Origin: an uncultured Hormoscilla sp.
GTDB taxonomy: Bacteria; Cyanobacteriota; Cyanobacteriia; Cyanobacteriales; Desertifilaceae
Length of the DNA: 64,000 nucleotides
Reading direction: 5' to 3'
NCBI GenBank assembly: GCA_963921275.4
Contig: OZ001293.3
Span: 5,632,001 to 5,696,000 of the forward strand
The translations under genes were made by a program, and so were the position numbers. The number at the start of each line of letters is the position of its first letter. Position 1 is the stretch's first letter. This document shows, piece after piece, positions 10,449-21,311 of the stretch. The notes under the pieces were generated by a model, which had not been told where the DNA came from, did not search any database, and saw only the letters and a program-made list of their open reading frames with translations.

Positions 10449-11060
10449 TTACAGGGCCAATTCCTTTTGGAAGCGTTGACGAGTGAGGGGGCCTTCGACC
10501 TCCAAGCCTCCACCTCCTAAATACTCCAAAGGCTTCCCTTCCACAGAGATCCAGATTTGAGCATCTGGTTGGAGAGTGGTGGCCGTGTAAATAATTTGTC
10601 CCAGCCGACCGCTCATAGAAGCAGTGCCACCGCCAGTGGTAAACTCGCGGGAGAGATCGACGTGGACGCCATTGCTTTTGATCTGTACGCTCCGCAGTCT
10701 TGTCCCTGCTGGAATAGTGGTGGTAAAATTAGGGTCACCTGGTCCTGCTAGTAAACGATGGAAGGCAACTTCTAAAAGTTCGCCCAGATCGGACTTGAGC
10801 GGAATTGGACTGCCAACCAACTCCATATCTAAACTGTTGCCACTGTCCTTGAGCCAATAAACTTGAACTGTCTGGAAAGCTACTGTGGGCTCTGGTGTCG
10901 GTGGTCTGACTGGTGGCTGAGACGGTTCCGTTACTGTTGGGTGGTCAAGAAGTGAATGCAATTGCCACGAGGTTAGGCCGCCAATTGCTACCCCAATCAA
11001 GGTGCAAACACTGGCAACGACGGCTATAGAAATGCTGGGACTTGATTTTTGATCTTGCAT
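10449..11060 (-). CDS. GerMN domain protein
   Basis: N-terminal TM segment, TTIPAGTRL, VDLSREFTTGGGTASMSGRLGQIIYTAT. Confidence 0.85.
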   Translation of the reverse strand: MQDQKSSPSISIAVVASVCTLIGVAIGGLTSWQLHSLLDHPTVTEPSQPPVRPPTPEPTVAFQTVQVYWLKDSGNSLDMELVGSPIPLKSDLGELLEVAFHRLLAGPGDPNFTTTIPAGTRLRSVQIKSNGVHVDLSREFTTGGGTASMSGRLGQIIYTATTLQPDAQIWISVEGKPLEYLGGGGLEVEGPLTRQRFQKELAL

Positions 11061-11092
11061 AATGACCGAGTTCAATGATTTCATTAGACTAG

Positions 11093-11980
11093 CTATCTGC
11101 CAGGAAGACTGGCAGGTGGTTGCTTCTGCACGAACGCTGCTATCTCCAGCAAGCGAGGACTTACTTCCAATTTTAAGAGCCGGATTAAGATTTGGTTAGC
11201 TTCTAGACGGCGCAGATCTCCTCTGCGACTAACGCCTGCTGCGATCGCATTGACTAAAATTGGTGGCACTGGGTTGCCATTGACTTCTAAACGCGGTGCC
11301 ACCAGTTCTATTTGTCGCCCAGCTACTACGCTCAAACCGGACTCTACTAGGATGGCCAGCTTAAACCCGCGATCGTTACCATGCCTCGATGTGCGATTTT
11401 TCGCGCAGCGTGGGACAGTGCGGTTAGCGCGTCCCGATACGCAGTGCGCGACCTTAGGAGCGCTGTGCATCGAATGTTCTTGTAATTCCAGCTGGAAACG
11501 CAGCCGGTTATTATCCAAAAATTCTACTCGCGGATTGACAAACTCATAGCTTTCCATCTGGTCGGCGGCGGCACCTGGCAGGCTGTTTATGCTGAATTTG
11601 CGTAACAGGGCCGCGATCTGGGGCGATCGCAATGCCCGATTTATATCTGCTTCTGTTAACACCAACCGTACCCCCCCTTGCAAGGGTTGTTCTCGAATCT
11701 GGAATAGCTGCTTTCTATCAATATCGATCGGGCCTGTTTCCAATTCCAGAACTGCTATTCGCACCTCTGGTTGTAGCCAGATCCCTCGCCCTGCAATTCT
11801 TACCCGTTCTGCTTTTCCTTGCAGTAGCCTGTGAGTGGGGGCGTTATCTACTCGCACTTGCAGTTCTTCCACCCGATCTACTTGGGCCCTGATGCTATTT
11901 GCGATCGTGCGATCTGCTATCAATCCTGCGGGCGACACTAGCAACAACAAACCTGAGAGCAGTATACTCAAAAATTCCAT
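11093..11980 (-). CDS. DUF2993/LmeA-like protein with in-frame repeat insertion
   Basis: MEFLSILLSGLL signal/TM, VRVDNAPTHRLLQGK, RLVLTEADINRAL. Extra segment at about 11365-11475 is built from repeat units. Confidence 0.75.
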   Translation of the reverse strand: MEFLSILLSGLLLLVSPAGLIADRTIANSIRAQVDRVEELQVRVDNAPTHRLLQGKAERVRIAGRGIWLQPEVRIAVLELETGPIDIDRKQLFQIREQPLQGGVRLVLTEADINRALRSPQIAALLRKFSINSLPGAAADQMESYEFVNPRVEFLDNNRLRFQLELQEHSMHSAPKVAHCVSGRANRTVPRCAKNRTSRHGNDRGFKLAILVESGLSVVAGRQIELVAPRLEVNGNPVPPILVNAIAAGVSRRGDLRRLEANQILIRLLKLEVSPRLLEIAAFVQKQPPASLPGR

Positions 11981-12017
11981 CTTTATTGTCAATTGTGAAT
12001 TCTCACTTCGCACTTCA

Positions 12018-12176
12018 CCCGCCTTCCGTGTCTCGTGGTCGCTCGATGTCCCCGGGGAGCTCGATGTCCCCCCAGAGGGGGACGCGCTAATCGCACTACC
12101 CCCGAGACATCGTAGTCGCACAAAAGCGGGGACATCGTACTCGCACTACCCACGAGACACGGAGGGTTCAAACCCC
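12018..12176. mobile_element. Nested hairpin mini-element (intergenic)
   Basis: Outer CCGTGTCTCGTGG/CCACGAGACACGG with inner GATGTCCCC/GGGGACATC stems and CGCACTAC loops. The same outer shell occurs in reverse at 25812-25918. Confidence 0.8.
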
Positions 12177-12577
12177 CGCGTCATAGCTAAAGTTGGTGTT
12201 ATACCGACTAATAGCATAATGCTTAAACTAATTGTTACTCTCGTTCCCAGGTTCTACCTGGGAACGGTATTCTGAGGCTCCCGCCTCCTATACGTGCCTA
12301 GTCAAGTCTATCATATCTTTTTTTAATGGTATAAGTGTTAATTGTACATTGTTAATTGTACATTATTAATTGTACAGATTAATTTGGTAGCATCTCCCAT
12401 TTGCTCTTTGTCCGTTGGGTAACAAACTTCAAACAAACCAGATTAATGATGAAGTATCTATTGGTTGGGTTTCGTGCGGAGACCCAACCTACCACATTAC
12501 TTCACCCCTAGCCCAGAAACCAGGTTTTTACAGAAAACCGAGTTTCTTAATTCCAGCAGATCGATCTCCCGTTTTTC

Positions 12578-14389
12578 CTAGTGCTCCAAAGCGGCATATA
12601 TTCGCTGTTTTAAGGTAGAAACGACTTGCTCGATCGCAATTTCTTCAGACTTCTTTGTCGATCGTTCCACCACTTCTACCTTACCTTGCGAGAGCGATCG
12701 CCCGGTGACCACCCGATAGGGAATGCCAATTAAATCGGCATCTTTTAATTTTACCCCCGCCCGTTCATTGCGGTCATCTAGTAGGGTTTCTACACACGCT
12801 TGATTTAGTTCGGCGTAGAGTTTTGCCGCCGTTTCCAGTTGTTGGGGGTCGGCGATATTGGGAACGCAGACGATCGCATGATAGGGGGCGATCGCGACTG
12901 GCCAGATAATCCCATCTTTGTCGAAAGATTGCTCTACCGCTGCTTGCGCTATTCGAGAAATGCCTACCCCGTAGCACCCCATGTAAAAAGGCAATTCTTC
13001 TCCTTGTTCGCTAGTGTAGGTAGCATTCATCGCTTGGGAGTATTTTGTCCCCAGTTGGAAAATATGCCCCGCTTCAATACCTCTGGCAGTTTGCAGGGTT
13101 TGACTGGGGTCGTGAATTGCCCGATCGCCCGCTTTTGCCGTTCGCAGGTCTGCCACCAGGAGTGGCAGATCGAATTGCTCGTCCCAATTGGCCCCAACTA
13201 CATGATAACCCGACTCATTCGCACCCGTGACGAAATTTTTCAGCTCGACGACTGTTTTGTCTGCCAACCGCAAAAACTTGGGCGCGACATTCTTTATTGT
13301 ACTACTGATATAATCATCTGGCAACGCTGGATCGATATAACCCAAGGGCCAGGGTTTAGCGGCCCATTTTTGTTGAGCTTCTGCGTCCGGCACTGTTAAA
13401 GCTAAGACTGTTTTCGCATTATACTGAGAAGCTTGGGCTGTCAACTCGTTAAACAACTTCACCTCATTCACATCTTGGTCTCCCCGGATGTTTACTAGGA
13501 CTAGGACTGTCATGCCATTATCGTAAACTACCTGGTACAGGACGTTTTTCACCACATTCGTCGAATCGCACTTGAGGAATTTACACAGCTTCTCGATCGT
13601 CTCACAAGATGGCGTCTCTACTTTTTCATAGGTTGTAAAGGGAGAGGGTTTCGCATCAGGTGGCAGAGATACCGCCTTTTCCACATTGGCAGCATACTTA
13701 TCGTCCGCAGTGTACAGCACCTCATCTTCCCCCGCATCTGCCAGGATCATAAACTCTTGGGACACCCCTCCCCCGATCGCCCCCGAGTCTGCCTGCACTG
13801 CTTGGAAGGCCAAACCGCACCGACGGATCATATTCCGATAGGCGCGATCCATGTCTTGGTAAGTTTTTTTCAGGCTTTCTACATCCGTATGGAAGGAATA
13901 GCCATCCTTCATGATAAATTCCCGTCCCCGCATTAATCCGAAACGGGGGCGAATTTCATCTCGGAACTTGGTTTGAATTTGATAGAGATGTAGGGGTAAT
14001 TGGCGGTAAGAACGGATCATGTCCTTAGCAATGGTAGTAATCACCTCTTCATGGGTAGGTCCCAATCCCAATTCCCGTTCTTGTCGGTCCGTGAGGGCGA
14101 ACATGATCCCTTCAGCTTGAGTGTAGGTATCCCAGCGCCCCGATTCTCGCCACAAGTCAGCCGGTTGCAACTGGGGCAGGAGACATTCTTGAGCCCCCGT
14201 GGCGTTCATTTCCTCCCGCACTATCTGGGATACTTTTTGCAGCACCCGCCACATGAGGGGCAGATAGGCGTAGATACCGCTACCGATGCGACGGATATAA
14301 CCGGCTCGCAATAGCAGCTTGTGACTGGGAATTTCCGCTTCCGCTGGATCTTCCCGCAATGTGTAGAACAGCATTTGAGACAGTCCCAT
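12578..14389 (-). CDS. proS: Proline--tRNA ligase
   Basis: [56 protein letters not shown]. Confidence 0.97.
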   Translation of the reverse strand: MGLSQMLFYTLREDPAEAEIPSHKLLLRAGYIRRIGSGIYAYLPLMWRVLQKVSQIVREEMNATGAQECLLPQLQPADLWRESGRWDTYTQAEGIMFALTDRQERELGLGPTHEEVITTIAKDMIRSYRQLPLHLYQIQTKFRDEIRPRFGLMRGREFIMKDGYSFHTDVESLKKTYQDMDRAYRNMIRRCGLAFQAVQADSGAIGGGVSQEFMILADAGEDEVLYTADDKYAANVEKAVSLPPDAKPSPFTTYEKVETPSCETIEKLCKFLKCDSTNVVKNVLYQVVYDNGMTVLVLVNIRGDQDVNEVKLFNELTAQASQYNAKTVLALTVPDAEAQQKWAAKPWPLGYIDPALPDDYISSTIKNVAPKFLRLADKTVVELKNFVTGANESGYHVVGANWDEQFDLPLLVADLRTAKAGDRAIHDPSQTLQTARGIEAGHIFQLGTKYSQAMNATYTSEQGEELPFYMGCYGVGISRIAQAAVEQSFDKDGIIWPVAIAPYHAIVCVPNIADPQQLETAAKLYAELNQACVETLLDDRNERAGVKLKDADLIGIPYRVVTGRSLSQGKVEVVERSTKKSEEIAIEQVVSTLKQRIYAALEH

Positions 14390-14668
14390 CGTTTTCCCTC
14401 CTATATAGGCGATCGTCATTGTAGTTTAGAGTCAGGCCAGCCCGCACCTGCGATCTGGGGTGACAAAAAGTTGGCGGGCCCCACGCTAAAGGATTCTGTT
14501 GGCGAATTACCCGATCTTACGCGATCGCTCCCAGGGAGCAGTGGCCAGTGCCCACCAGATGCTACAGGTAGTATAATATAGTATACCGTAGGGTGGGCAG
14601 TGCCTACCAGATGCTACAGGTAGTGATGAGTTACGCTCAGAAAAGACTTAAATAGTAGTGAGTAGAGG

Positions 14669-15058
14669 CAATACTTCTCGGTTAATAACTTGTCCGGAGC
14701 GAGGGGGGCTCCCAAACGAGCAATCTTGCGATCCCCGCGCTTAATCCCCCCCGTAGCGCTACGCGCATTTCGTAAAAGCGCAGCGGCAGATTGCTTCGTG
14801 CCTCGCAACACAGGCGACCGAGGGCTAGCAATCTCACCGCGCTGTATCCTGGGTAGTGCGAGTACGATGTTCCCCCTTTTGTGCGCCTAGCGCTGGGAAC
14901 ATCGAGCGACCAGGATACAGCGAACGACGCCGAAGCGCTCTTCCTCTTATACAGGGCGGGGATTGCTTCGGGGGGGTTAACGAACATGAACGCATAAGTT
15001 AATCGCTACGTACCCCCCCCTCGCAATGACAAATAAAATTCTTAACCGAGAAGTATTG
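14669..15058. mobile_element. MITE, 390 bp, with 17-bp terminal inverted repeats and a probable 10-bp target duplication
   Basis: CAATACTTCTCGGTTAA ... TTAACCGAGAAGTATTG, flanked by TGAGTAGAGG (14659-14668) and TGAGTGGAGG (15059-15068). Confidence 0.85.
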
Positions 15059-15161
15059 TGAGTGGAGGTGATCTCTGCACGTCCAGATAAAAAAAGAGCT
15101 GATAATCTATGTTATCAGCCCTAGAAATTATTTACCTAAATTGTCGTTGCGCTCTCTCAAA

Positions 15162-17099
15162 CTATTGCGACTTAGTCTCAGAGAACTCAGCATCAATCAC
15201 ATCTGCATCGGCACCGCTAGAGGCACCACCCGATGCCGCATCTGCACCCGTGGCGCCATTACCGGTAGGACCTCCCACACCAGCTGCATCACCGCCCGCC
15301 TCTTGATAGATCTTGCTGCTGATACCATAGAGGGTTTGCTGCAACTCGGGTGTGAGCTTCTGTATTTGCTCGTCATCTTCCTTCCCGATCGCCTCCCGCA
15401 GGTTTTTAACCAACTCTTCTATCTTAGTCTTCTCTTCCGCAGGCACCTTGTCTCCCAACTCGTTGACTTGCTTCTCTGCCTGGTAAGCGAGAGTATCTGC
15501 CTGGTTCTTGCGATCGATCTTCTCGCGGCGTTGCTTATCAGCGTCGGCATTTGCTTCCGCTTCCTTGACCATGCGATCGACTTCCTTGTCATCCAGAGTC
15601 GAAGCACCCGTGATGCTGATGGATTGTTCCTTACCCGTACCTTTATCCTTGGCCGTTACATTCAAAATCCCGTTGGCATCGATATCAAAGGTAACTTCGA
15701 TTTGAGGCACGCCTCTCGGTGCAGCAGGAATTCCATCTAAGCGGAAAGTCCCCAGACTCTTGTTGTCAGATGACATTTCCCGTTCCCCTTGCAGAACGTG
15801 GATTTCCACATTCGTCTGCCCGTCCACAGCAGTAGAGAATACTTCCGACTTCTTGGTAGGAATAGTCGTGTTGCGAGGGATGATCTTGGTCATCACGCCA
15901 CCTAAGGTTTCCACACCCAGAGACAATGGGGTGACATCCAACAGCAGGATATCTTTCACTTCTCCCGCCAGCACACCCCCTTGAATTGCCGCACCCACAG
16001 CAACTACTTCATCGGGGTTAACTGATTGGTTGGGTTCTTTACCCAGAACCCTCTTCACCACTTCTTGCACGGCGGGTATCCGGGTAGAACCACCCACCAG
16101 CACCACTTCGTTGATCCCAGACTTGTCTAACTTGGCGTCGCGCATGGCATTTTCTACCGGGATGCGGCAGCGATCGATCAAGTCAGAACAGATTTCTTCA
16201 AACTTGGCGCGAGTTAAGGTCAGATCCAGGTGCTTGGGTCCATCTTGGGTGGCCGTGATGAAGGGCAGGTTGATTTCTGCTTGGGTGACGCTAGAGAGTT
16301 CTATCTTGGCTTTTTCAGCAGCTTCTGTCAAGCGTTGCAAGGCTTGCTTGTCTTTGCGCAAGTCAATCCCTTCAACTTTGTTGAATTCTTCAGCCATGTA
16401 ATCAACAATTTTCTTGTCGAAGTCGTCACCGCCCAGGTGAGTATCTCCAGAAGTAGCCAACACTTCAAACACGCCGTCGCCCACTTCCAGAATCGACACG
16501 TCGAAGGTACCGCCACCCAAGTCAAACACGAGGATGGTTTCATTACTCTTTTTATCTAAGCCGTAAGCTAGGGCGGCGGCGGTGGGTTCGTTAATTATCC
16601 GCAACACTTCTACCCCGGCAATCTTGCCTGCGTCTTTGGTAGCTTGACGCTGGGAGTCGTTGAAGTAAGCGGGAACGGTGATTACTGCTTGGGTGACGGT
16701 TTCCCCCAGGTACTTGCTAGCGTCGTCTATCAGTTTGCGTAGGACTTGAGCGGAAATTTCTTCCGGGGCGAATTGCTTGCCTGCTGTGGGACAGTCCAGT
16801 TTGACGTTGCCGTTGCTATCCCGCAGCACCTTGTAGGATACTTCGGTGGATTCGTTGGTAACTTCCGTGTGTTTGCGTCCGATGAAGCGCTTGACCGAAT
16901 AAAATGTGTTTTCCGGGTTCATCACTGCCTGCCGCTTGGCTATCTGCCCTACCAGGCGATCGCCATTTTTGGCATAGGCGACCACGGAAGGGGTGGTCCG
17001 AAAACCTTCGGAGTTGGCGATCACCGTGGGCGCACCACCTTCCATCACGGCGACGCAGGAGTTTGTCGTACCTAAGTCAATTCCAACTACTTTTGCCAT
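15162..17099 (-). CDS. dnaK: Molecular chaperone DnaK
   Basis: [24 protein letters not shown], acidic DVIDAEF tail. Confidence 0.98.
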   Translation of the reverse strand: MAKVVGIDLGTTNSCVAVMEGGAPTVIANSEGFRTTPSVVAYAKNGDRLVGQIAKRQAVMNPENTFYSVKRFIGRKHTEVTNESTEVSYKVLRDSNGNVKLDCPTAGKQFAPEEISAQVLRKLIDDASKYLGETVTQAVITVPAYFNDSQRQATKDAGKIAGVEVLRIINEPTAAALAYGLDKKSNETILVFDLGGGTFDVSILEVGDGVFEVLATSGDTHLGGDDFDKKIVDYMAEEFNKVEGIDLRKDKQALQRLTEAAEKAKIELSSVTQAEINLPFITATQDGPKHLDLTLTRAKFEEICSDLIDRCRIPVENAMRDAKLDKSGINEVVLVGGSTRIPAVQEVVKRVLGKEPNQSVNPDEVVAVGAAIQGGVLAGEVKDILLLDVTPLSLGVETLGGVMTKIIPRNTTIPTKKSEVFSTAVDGQTNVEIHVLQGEREMSSDNKSLGTFRLDGIPAAPRGVPQIEVTFDIDANGILNVTAKDKGTGKEQSISITGASTLDDKEVDRMVKEAEANADADKQRREKIDRKNQADTLAYQAEKQVNELGDKVPAEEKTKIEELVKNLREAIGKEDDEQIQKLTPELQQTLYGISSKIYQEAGGDAAGVGGPTGNGATGADAASGGASSGADADVIDAEFSETKSQ

Positions 17100-17254
17100 A
17101 ATTCTCTCCTGATTCTAATTACTAGAGTCTTCTGGCTATTGGTCAAGCCAGGAGTAGGGTTTGGGCTGAGGGGTCTAGCCGTAATTTGAGCCATAGCGCG
17201 AGCTGCGCAGATATCGTTATATCTATACTGAGCGCCTTGAGGCTCTCTCATGAA

Positions 17255-17270
17255 GGGGGGTTTACCGAAC
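17255..17270 (-). promoter_or_regulatory. K-box-like heat-shock element upstream of dnaK
   Basis: GTTCGGTAAACC on the minus strand partially matches the cyanobacterial K-box (GTTCGG-NNAN-CCNNAC). Confidence 0.55.
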
Positions 17271-17317
17271 CCGATCTGGGACGGTTGACAGCTATACCCC
17301 CTTTGCTGTTGTGTATA

Positions 17318-17849
17318 CTAGGCTGCCCAAAGGTTTGTTTTTAACTCATCTGGTTCTGTTACAGCAGTTGGGACTACTTCTGTTTCTGGAGTGCTGTCAT
17401 CTGACGATACCTTGACTTTCACTACCTCTGGACGTACCGCTGATAATTTTGGTAAGGTCAGGGTGAGAATCCCATTGTTAAGTTCTGTCTGCACTTGAGT
17501 ATTCTCTACTGGTACGGGCAGGGGAATGAGGCGACGGAATTTGCCGTAGCGGATTTCTGACCGCCATCTTCCTTGATTTTGGTTTGTGGCCTTGATTTTG
17601 GTTTGTGGCCAGATCGCCTGCAATCAAAACTGCCGATCGGGTCACCTGCACTTCCACATCTTTGCCTGCTACTCCCGACAGTTCTAGGCGCAATATAACT
17701 GCGGTAGAAGTTGTTGGCATTTCCATTGCTGGTGTCCAAGTCATATCCGCTGCTTTCTGGTTGGCGGTGACATCCTTCAATAGTTGATTTAGCTGATGCA
17801 GTAACAATTCTTTTTTTTGTTGAGGTGCAGACATAATTAATGTGCTCAT
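17318..17849 (-). pseudogene. Hsp20/alpha-crystallin small heat-shock protein, frameshifted near 17620
   Basis: WTPAMEM...LRLELSGV...VLIAGD lies in one frame. SEIRYGKFRRLIPLP...NNGILTLTLPK lies in another. Confidence 0.8.
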
Positions 17850-17968
17850 TAGGGCTTCTCCTTATTGTTATTCGTGTTATCATTCGTCAGCTTCTTTCTC
17901 TATATTCAATGTAAAGCTATTATTTGCTTTCACAACAATTACATCCTAGAAAACGACTCTCTTGTATT

Positions 17969-18288
17969 GGTGCCAACCGTATTCTGCTATTGGTGTTTGC
18001 CGTCTGGGCTTTGTAATTAAGCCCGCTATCCCTATTAGCCATTAGCAATTTAAAATTCGCAATCAATAATTACATCTTATGTTAAAAAAAACTCTATCGG
18101 ACATTGGGGTAAACCGTATTCTGCTATTGGTGTTTGCCGTCTGGGATTATTAATTAAGCTCGCAATTACAAAAATTAGCCATTAGCCATTAGCAATTAAC
18201 AATTAGCAACAAATCCATCCTATGTGAAAAAACGGTTTCAGACTAGGGTGCCAACCGTATCCGGGTGGTGGTGTTTGCCGTCTGGGGA
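17969..18288. promoter_or_regulatory. Triplicated 40-bp motif block upstream of hsp20
   Basis: GG(T/G)GYMAACCGTAT-N9-GGTGTTTGCCGTCTGGG at about 17969, 18107 and 18248. Confidence 0.65.
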
Positions 18289-18355
18289 TGGAAACCCAGG
18301 GCAAGATGTTGGTTTAAGATGAAATAAGCTTAGTTTTGACGCTCTGTATGGGTTT

Positions 18356-19416
18356 ATGGTATATTTGTCTCCAGAACTACAATCGCGACTCTCAACCCCT
18401 CTGAAAATTGGCTCGGTTGAGGTCAACAGCCGCGTACTGCAATCCCCTCTATCGGGGGTGACTGACTTAGTGTTCCGTCGCCTGGTGCGCCGTTATGCGC
18501 CAGATTCGATGATGTACACGGAAATGGTGAATGCCACGGGGTTGCATTATGTCAAGCAGTTGCCGAAGATTATGGAGGTAGACCCGAAGGAACGCCCGAT
18601 TAGTATCCAGTTGTTTGACTGTCGTCCGGATTTCTTGGCCGAAGCTGCACAGAAGGCGGTGGCGGAAGGGGCCGATACGGTAGATATTAATATGGGTTGC
18701 CCGGTGAATAAGATTACCAAAAATGGTGGGGGTTCCTCCCTGTTGCGGCAACCGGATGTGGCAGAGGCGATCGTCCGGGAAGTGTCCCGGGCGGTGGAGG
18801 TGCCTGTGACGGTGAAAACCCGGATCGGGTGGTCGGATCGGGAAATCAATATTCTGGAATTTGCCCAACGGATGGAAGATGCGGGGCGCAAATGCTGACG
18901 CTGCACGGTCGGACTCGGGCTCAAGGCTATAATGGACCGGCTAGATGGGAATGGATTGGCAGGGTGAAGGAAATTCTCTCGATTCCGGTGATCGGCAATG
19001 GGGATATTTTTTCGGTGGAAGCGGCGGTGCGGTGTTTGGAAGAAACGGGTGCTGATGGTCTGATGTGTTCGCGAGGCACTCTGGGTTATCCGTTTCTGGT
19101 GGGAGAAATTGACTATTTCTTGAAGATTGGCAAGCAGTTGCCACCGCCGACTGCTGTAGAACGGTTGCTTTGTGCTCGGGAACATTTACAGGCTTTGTAC
19201 GAGTATAAGGGCGATCGGGGAATTCGCCAAGCCCGCAAGCACATGACCTGGTATGGGAAGGGTTTTCCCGGTGCTGGGGAACTGCGGGGTAATTTGGCGA
19301 AGATTGAATCTGTGACCGCAGGGGTGGAGTTGATCGATGGGGCGATCGAGGGGCTGACAGGGATGGGTTATTCTGAAGGACAGGAGATAGAACAGAGACA
19401 GGCTATAGCAGTCTGA
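18356..19416 (+). pseudogene. dusB: tRNA-dihydrouridine synthase DusB, single frameshift at about 18885
   Basis: QSPLSGVTD, DINMGCP and TVKTRIGW in frame 1. LTLHGRTRAQGY and IGNGDI in frame 2. One G is missing in GATGCGGGGCGCAAATG. Confidence 0.88.
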
Positions 19417-19826
19417 TGATTTCTGGGAACCTGCGAAAGCAATTCATTGCCCTAGCTTGGAAACGAGTCCGTCCTGGTAGCGGCAGTCACCGGGAGTTTC
19501 TGGAGGCGAGAACCTGGAAGCATCCCGTGACAAACCTCAAACAAATCGTTCTGCAAACAGCTTTTGTCATCGTCGGCGGCATCGCTACGCGGTTGTATAT
19601 GCCAGAACGGACAACCCTGGATTTAGATATTCTAGTCTTGGCAGAGGACGCGCCTCTACTATACCGAGAGTTACAGCAAGCTAATAGTCAGCAGTTGGGA
19701 ATTTTGTCTATTGGCAAAACTACTTGGCAATTGCCCGATCGCACTATGCTGGATGTGATTGAATCTGGAGAAGCTTGGTTGGAGAGTTTAATCGAACTGG
19801 GAAAATTAGAGTATGGAAACGGCTGA
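19416..19826 (+). CDS. Hypothetical protein, nucleotidyltransferase-like, probably internally truncated
   Basis: VIVGGIATRLYMPERTTLDLDILV motif. Confidence 0.55.
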   Translation: MISGNLRKQFIALAWKRVRPGSGSHREFLEARTWKHPVTNLKQIVLQTAFVIVGGIATRLYMPERTTLDLDILVLAEDAPLLYRELQQANSQQLGILSIGKTTWQLPDRTMLDVIESGEAWLESLIELGKLEYGNG

Positions 19827-19920
19827 AAGCAGTAGGGTGGGCACCGCCCACCGTCCGATTGAGTGGGCACCGCCCACCATCCGATTGAGTTAGGCACCGC
19901 CCACCTATGAATTGAGTGTG

Positions 19921-20358
19921 TTAGGTTCGCCAGTTATCCAACTGCAATTCGTAACCGATCGCCTGAATCCGCTGATAGTGTGATAAATTGCCAGTCACCA
20001 AAGTTAAGTTATATTGTAAGGCAGTAGCGGCAATCATCGAATCAGCCAGACCAATTGGTTGTCCTATAAGTTCGAGAGTGCCACAGATGCGTCCTGCTAA
20101 TTCCGCGCCTTTATGGTCAAGTGTCAAAATCTCCGTCTTACTAATCTCAGCTAGAAACTGCTGAATCCGGTCTTCTCGTTGCAGCTTCTGCCAACCTTTG
20201 ACAATCTCCGTGACTGTGACAACGGAGATTGTGTAGTAACTGAAAGCAGCTATATAAACCGTAGCCCTAGCTACAACCTGCTGATTTCTGCGCTTGCGGC
20301 TTTCGGAAAAAATATCCGTGTCAAGTATTACTTTGTTCAAGGTTCTGACTCCAGCCAA
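19921..20358 (-). CDS. VapC/PIN domain toxin
   Basis: ILDTDIFSE, PIGLADSMIAATAL, LVTGNLSHY. Confidence 0.9.
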   Translation of the reverse strand: MAGVRTLNKVILDTDIFSESRKRRNQQVVARATVYIAAFSYYTISVVTVTEIVKGWQKLQREDRIQQFLAEISKTEILTLDHKGAELAGRICGTLELIGQPIGLADSMIAATALQYNLTLVTGNLSHYQRIQAIGYELQLDNWRT

Positions 20359-20593
20359 ACTTTTGATTTAATGGATGTGCTGCCCGGTCTCTCATAATAT
20401 CTGCAAGTATTTCATCGACCAATTCTGCTTCATCCGTCCATCCTCCTAGTAAGGGGTAATTTTCTGCTTCTGTCACTGCAAACTTTTCAATAGCCTTGGT
20501 AACCAGTTCTGCTAAACTAAACTCGTGCCACTTTGCCATCCACTGTGCTTTTTCCAGGGTTCGTTCGTCTAGTTCTAGTTCTATCTTTTCCAT
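20321..20593 (-). CDS. Putative antitoxin upstream of the PIN toxin
   Basis: AGAGGAGG RBS, MEKIELELDE ribbon-helix-like start, overlaps the toxin. Confidence 0.7.
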   Translation of the reverse strand: MEKIELELDERTLEKAQWMAKWHEFSLAELVTKAIEKFAVTEAENYPLLGGWTDEAELVDEILADIMRDRAAHPLNQKFGWSQNLEQSNT

Positions 20594-20667
20594 AGTGCCT
20601 CCTCTGTAATATCGGATGTCTCTGATTATAGCATTATTGTTACGGAACTTCATCCATGTCTTCCGTA

Positions 20668-20940
20668 TCAAGCAATGCTTTGTTCAACGCTTTCACTCCA
20701 GCCAAATTTTTGATTTAATGAATGTGCTGCCCGGTCCTTCATCACTTCTGCAAGCATCTCATCTACCGATTCCGGGTCATCGGCAAACATTCCTAATATA
20801 CGGTCTTTAGGAGGGTTCTCCTGCGCCAGCTTTTCGATCGCCTTAGCAATTATTTCATCTAAGGTACAATTGTTATCTCTTGCCATGCCTCGGGCCCGCC
20901 AGAGGGTGGGTGATTCTAGTTCTATTTCAATCTTTTCCAT
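20668..20940 (-). CDS. Paralogous putative antitoxin
   Basis: MEKIEIELES ... DRAAHSLNQKFGWS is homologous to 20321-20593 and is followed by a stub of the toxin start. Confidence 0.7.
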   Translation of the reverse strand: MEKIEIELESPTLWRARGMARDNNCTLDEIIAKAIEKLAQENPPKDRILGMFADDPESVDEMLAEVMKDRAAHSLNQKFGWSESVEQSIA

Positions 20941-21040
20941 AGGACATCCTCGGAACTTGCTGGTTATTCTGATGATAACATAATTTCTGGTATCCTGTCA
21001 AGCTGGGAATATTTGGGAGAAAATGCGATCGGGTGCATCT

Positions 21041-21250
21041 CAATACTTCTCGGTTAATAACTTGTCCGGAGCGAGGGGGGCTCCCAAACCAACGGCAGTG
21101 TTGAGCCCCGCCTGGATCCCCCCCGTAGCGCTACGCGCACTTCGTAAAAGCGCAGCGGCAGATTGCTTCGTGCCTCGCAACACAGGCGACCGAGGGCTAG
21201 CAATCTCACCGACGATGCAGGAGCGCTCTTCATCTCATACGGGGCGGGCT
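21041..21250. mobile_element. Truncated copy of the 14669-15058 MITE (left end only)
   Basis: Starts CAATACTTCTCGGTTAATAACTTGTCCGGAGCG and is similar over about 200 bp. It lacks the hairpin insert and the right terminal repeat. Confidence 0.8.
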
Positions 21251-21311
21251 ATATTACACTACTTGTGACCGCACCCCCTGTCTCCTGCGCGGAGCCGGTG
21301 CGTTACCAGTC

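Noticed and set aside
15141..17101. Long antisense ORFs over dnaK (also over proS and the RT genes)
   Set aside because: Shadow ORFs opposite conserved genes with no independent protein features.
17969..18288. Possible CRISPR mini-array (40-bp repeats with about 100-bp spacers)
   Set aside because: The spacers resemble each other and are too long. This fits a triplicated upstream regulatory block better.
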